Shown: positions 31,859 to 32,000 of the stretch, piece after piece | Numbering within the stretch: the first letter of the stretch is position 1 | Layout of the letters: each line of letters begins with the position of its first letter | Origin: Desulfobacterales bacterium | GTDB taxonomy: Bacteria; Desulfobacterota; Desulfobacteria; Desulfobacterales; UBA5852 | Direction: 5' to 3' | Assembly (NCBI GenBank): GCA_963674885.2 | Contig: CAXXEA010000003.1 | Location: forward strand, 3,477,511-3,509,510 | DNA length: 32,000 nt | Made by a program: the position numbers and the translations under genes | Notes under the pieces: model-generated | Told to the model about the DNA's origin: nothing | Database searches by the model: none | The model's input: only the letters and a program-made list of their open reading frames with translations

Positions 31859-32000
31859 ATGGCGGACCAACCCACAGCCCTGGAACGTTTCATTCAGGGC
31901 ATCTTGCCGGAAAACCCGGTTTTCAGACAGTTGCTCGGGCTTTGCCCGACATTGGCCGTGACCAACAATATGAAATCCGCGGTGACCATGGCCGGCGCGG
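31859..32000 (+). CDS. rnfE: Rnf electron-transport complex subunit E, N-terminal fragment (runs off window end)
   Basis: My own translation from ATG 31859: MADQPTALERFIQGILPENPVFRQLLGLCPTLAVTNNMKSAVTMAGA. NPVFxQLLGLCPTLAVT is the RnfE/NqrD N-terminal signature. The gene starts 2 nt after the rnfG stop. Confidence 0.8.
   Translation, partial: MADQPTALERFIQGILPENPVFRQLLGLCPTLAVTNNMKSAVTMAGA

Noticed and set aside
1-32000. Search for CRISPR arrays, tRNA/rRNA genes, transposases, integrases, toxin-antitoxin pairs
   Set aside because: By eye I found no regularly spaced repeats, no tRNA T-arm/acceptor signatures and no transposase or integrase-like ORFs. A tRNAscan/Infernal/ISfinder run would be needed to confirm this.

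Overview
Gene-dense, moderately GC-rich chromosomal segment that looks like an anaerobic Desulfobacterota-type (deltaproteobacterial) genome. I call 36 protein-coding genes, two of them cut by the window edges. I see no rRNA, tRNA, CRISPR array or transposase. The standout is a complete mercury-methylation locus on the minus strand at about 15.3-17.8 kb: an ArsR-family regulator, then hgcA (cap-helix motif NVWCAAGK plus a C-terminal membrane domain), then hgcB (2x[4Fe-4S] ferredoxin with a Cys-rich tail), then a staphylococcal-type nuclease. A perfect 9-6-9 palindrome overlaps a sigma70-like promoter just upstream of arsR. hgcAB is a known system, so the possibly new material is in its details: the candidate operator, an N-terminal Cys-pair extension on HgcA, a double Cys-pair tail on HgcB, the overlapping nuclease gene, and a divergent ferritin-like gene. 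The remaining genes, in order, are:
- a SMUG1-type uracil-DNA glycosylase translationally coupled to a THEP1-type NTPase;
- a pseudo-receiver;
- a PP2C phosphatase;
- a truncated J-domain protein;
- an EI24/CysZ-like membrane protein;
- an MFS transporter;
- Pal;
- a LOG-family protein;
- a HAMP-SpoIIE phosphatase convergent with a Zn-ribbon/ABC1-kinase pair;
- LUD and YcgN proteins;
- a TPR protein;
- an O-methyltransferase;
- an EF-hand lipoprotein;
- arginase;
- an ~800-aa Lon-like protease with degenerate Walker motifs;
- a dynamin/EHD-like membrane GTPase;
- a NUDIX hydrolase;
- Slp;
- a rubrerythrin-like protein;
- the start of an rnfCDGE operon.
I did not find a clearly new multi-gene system. 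The findings are candidates, each with a stated test.
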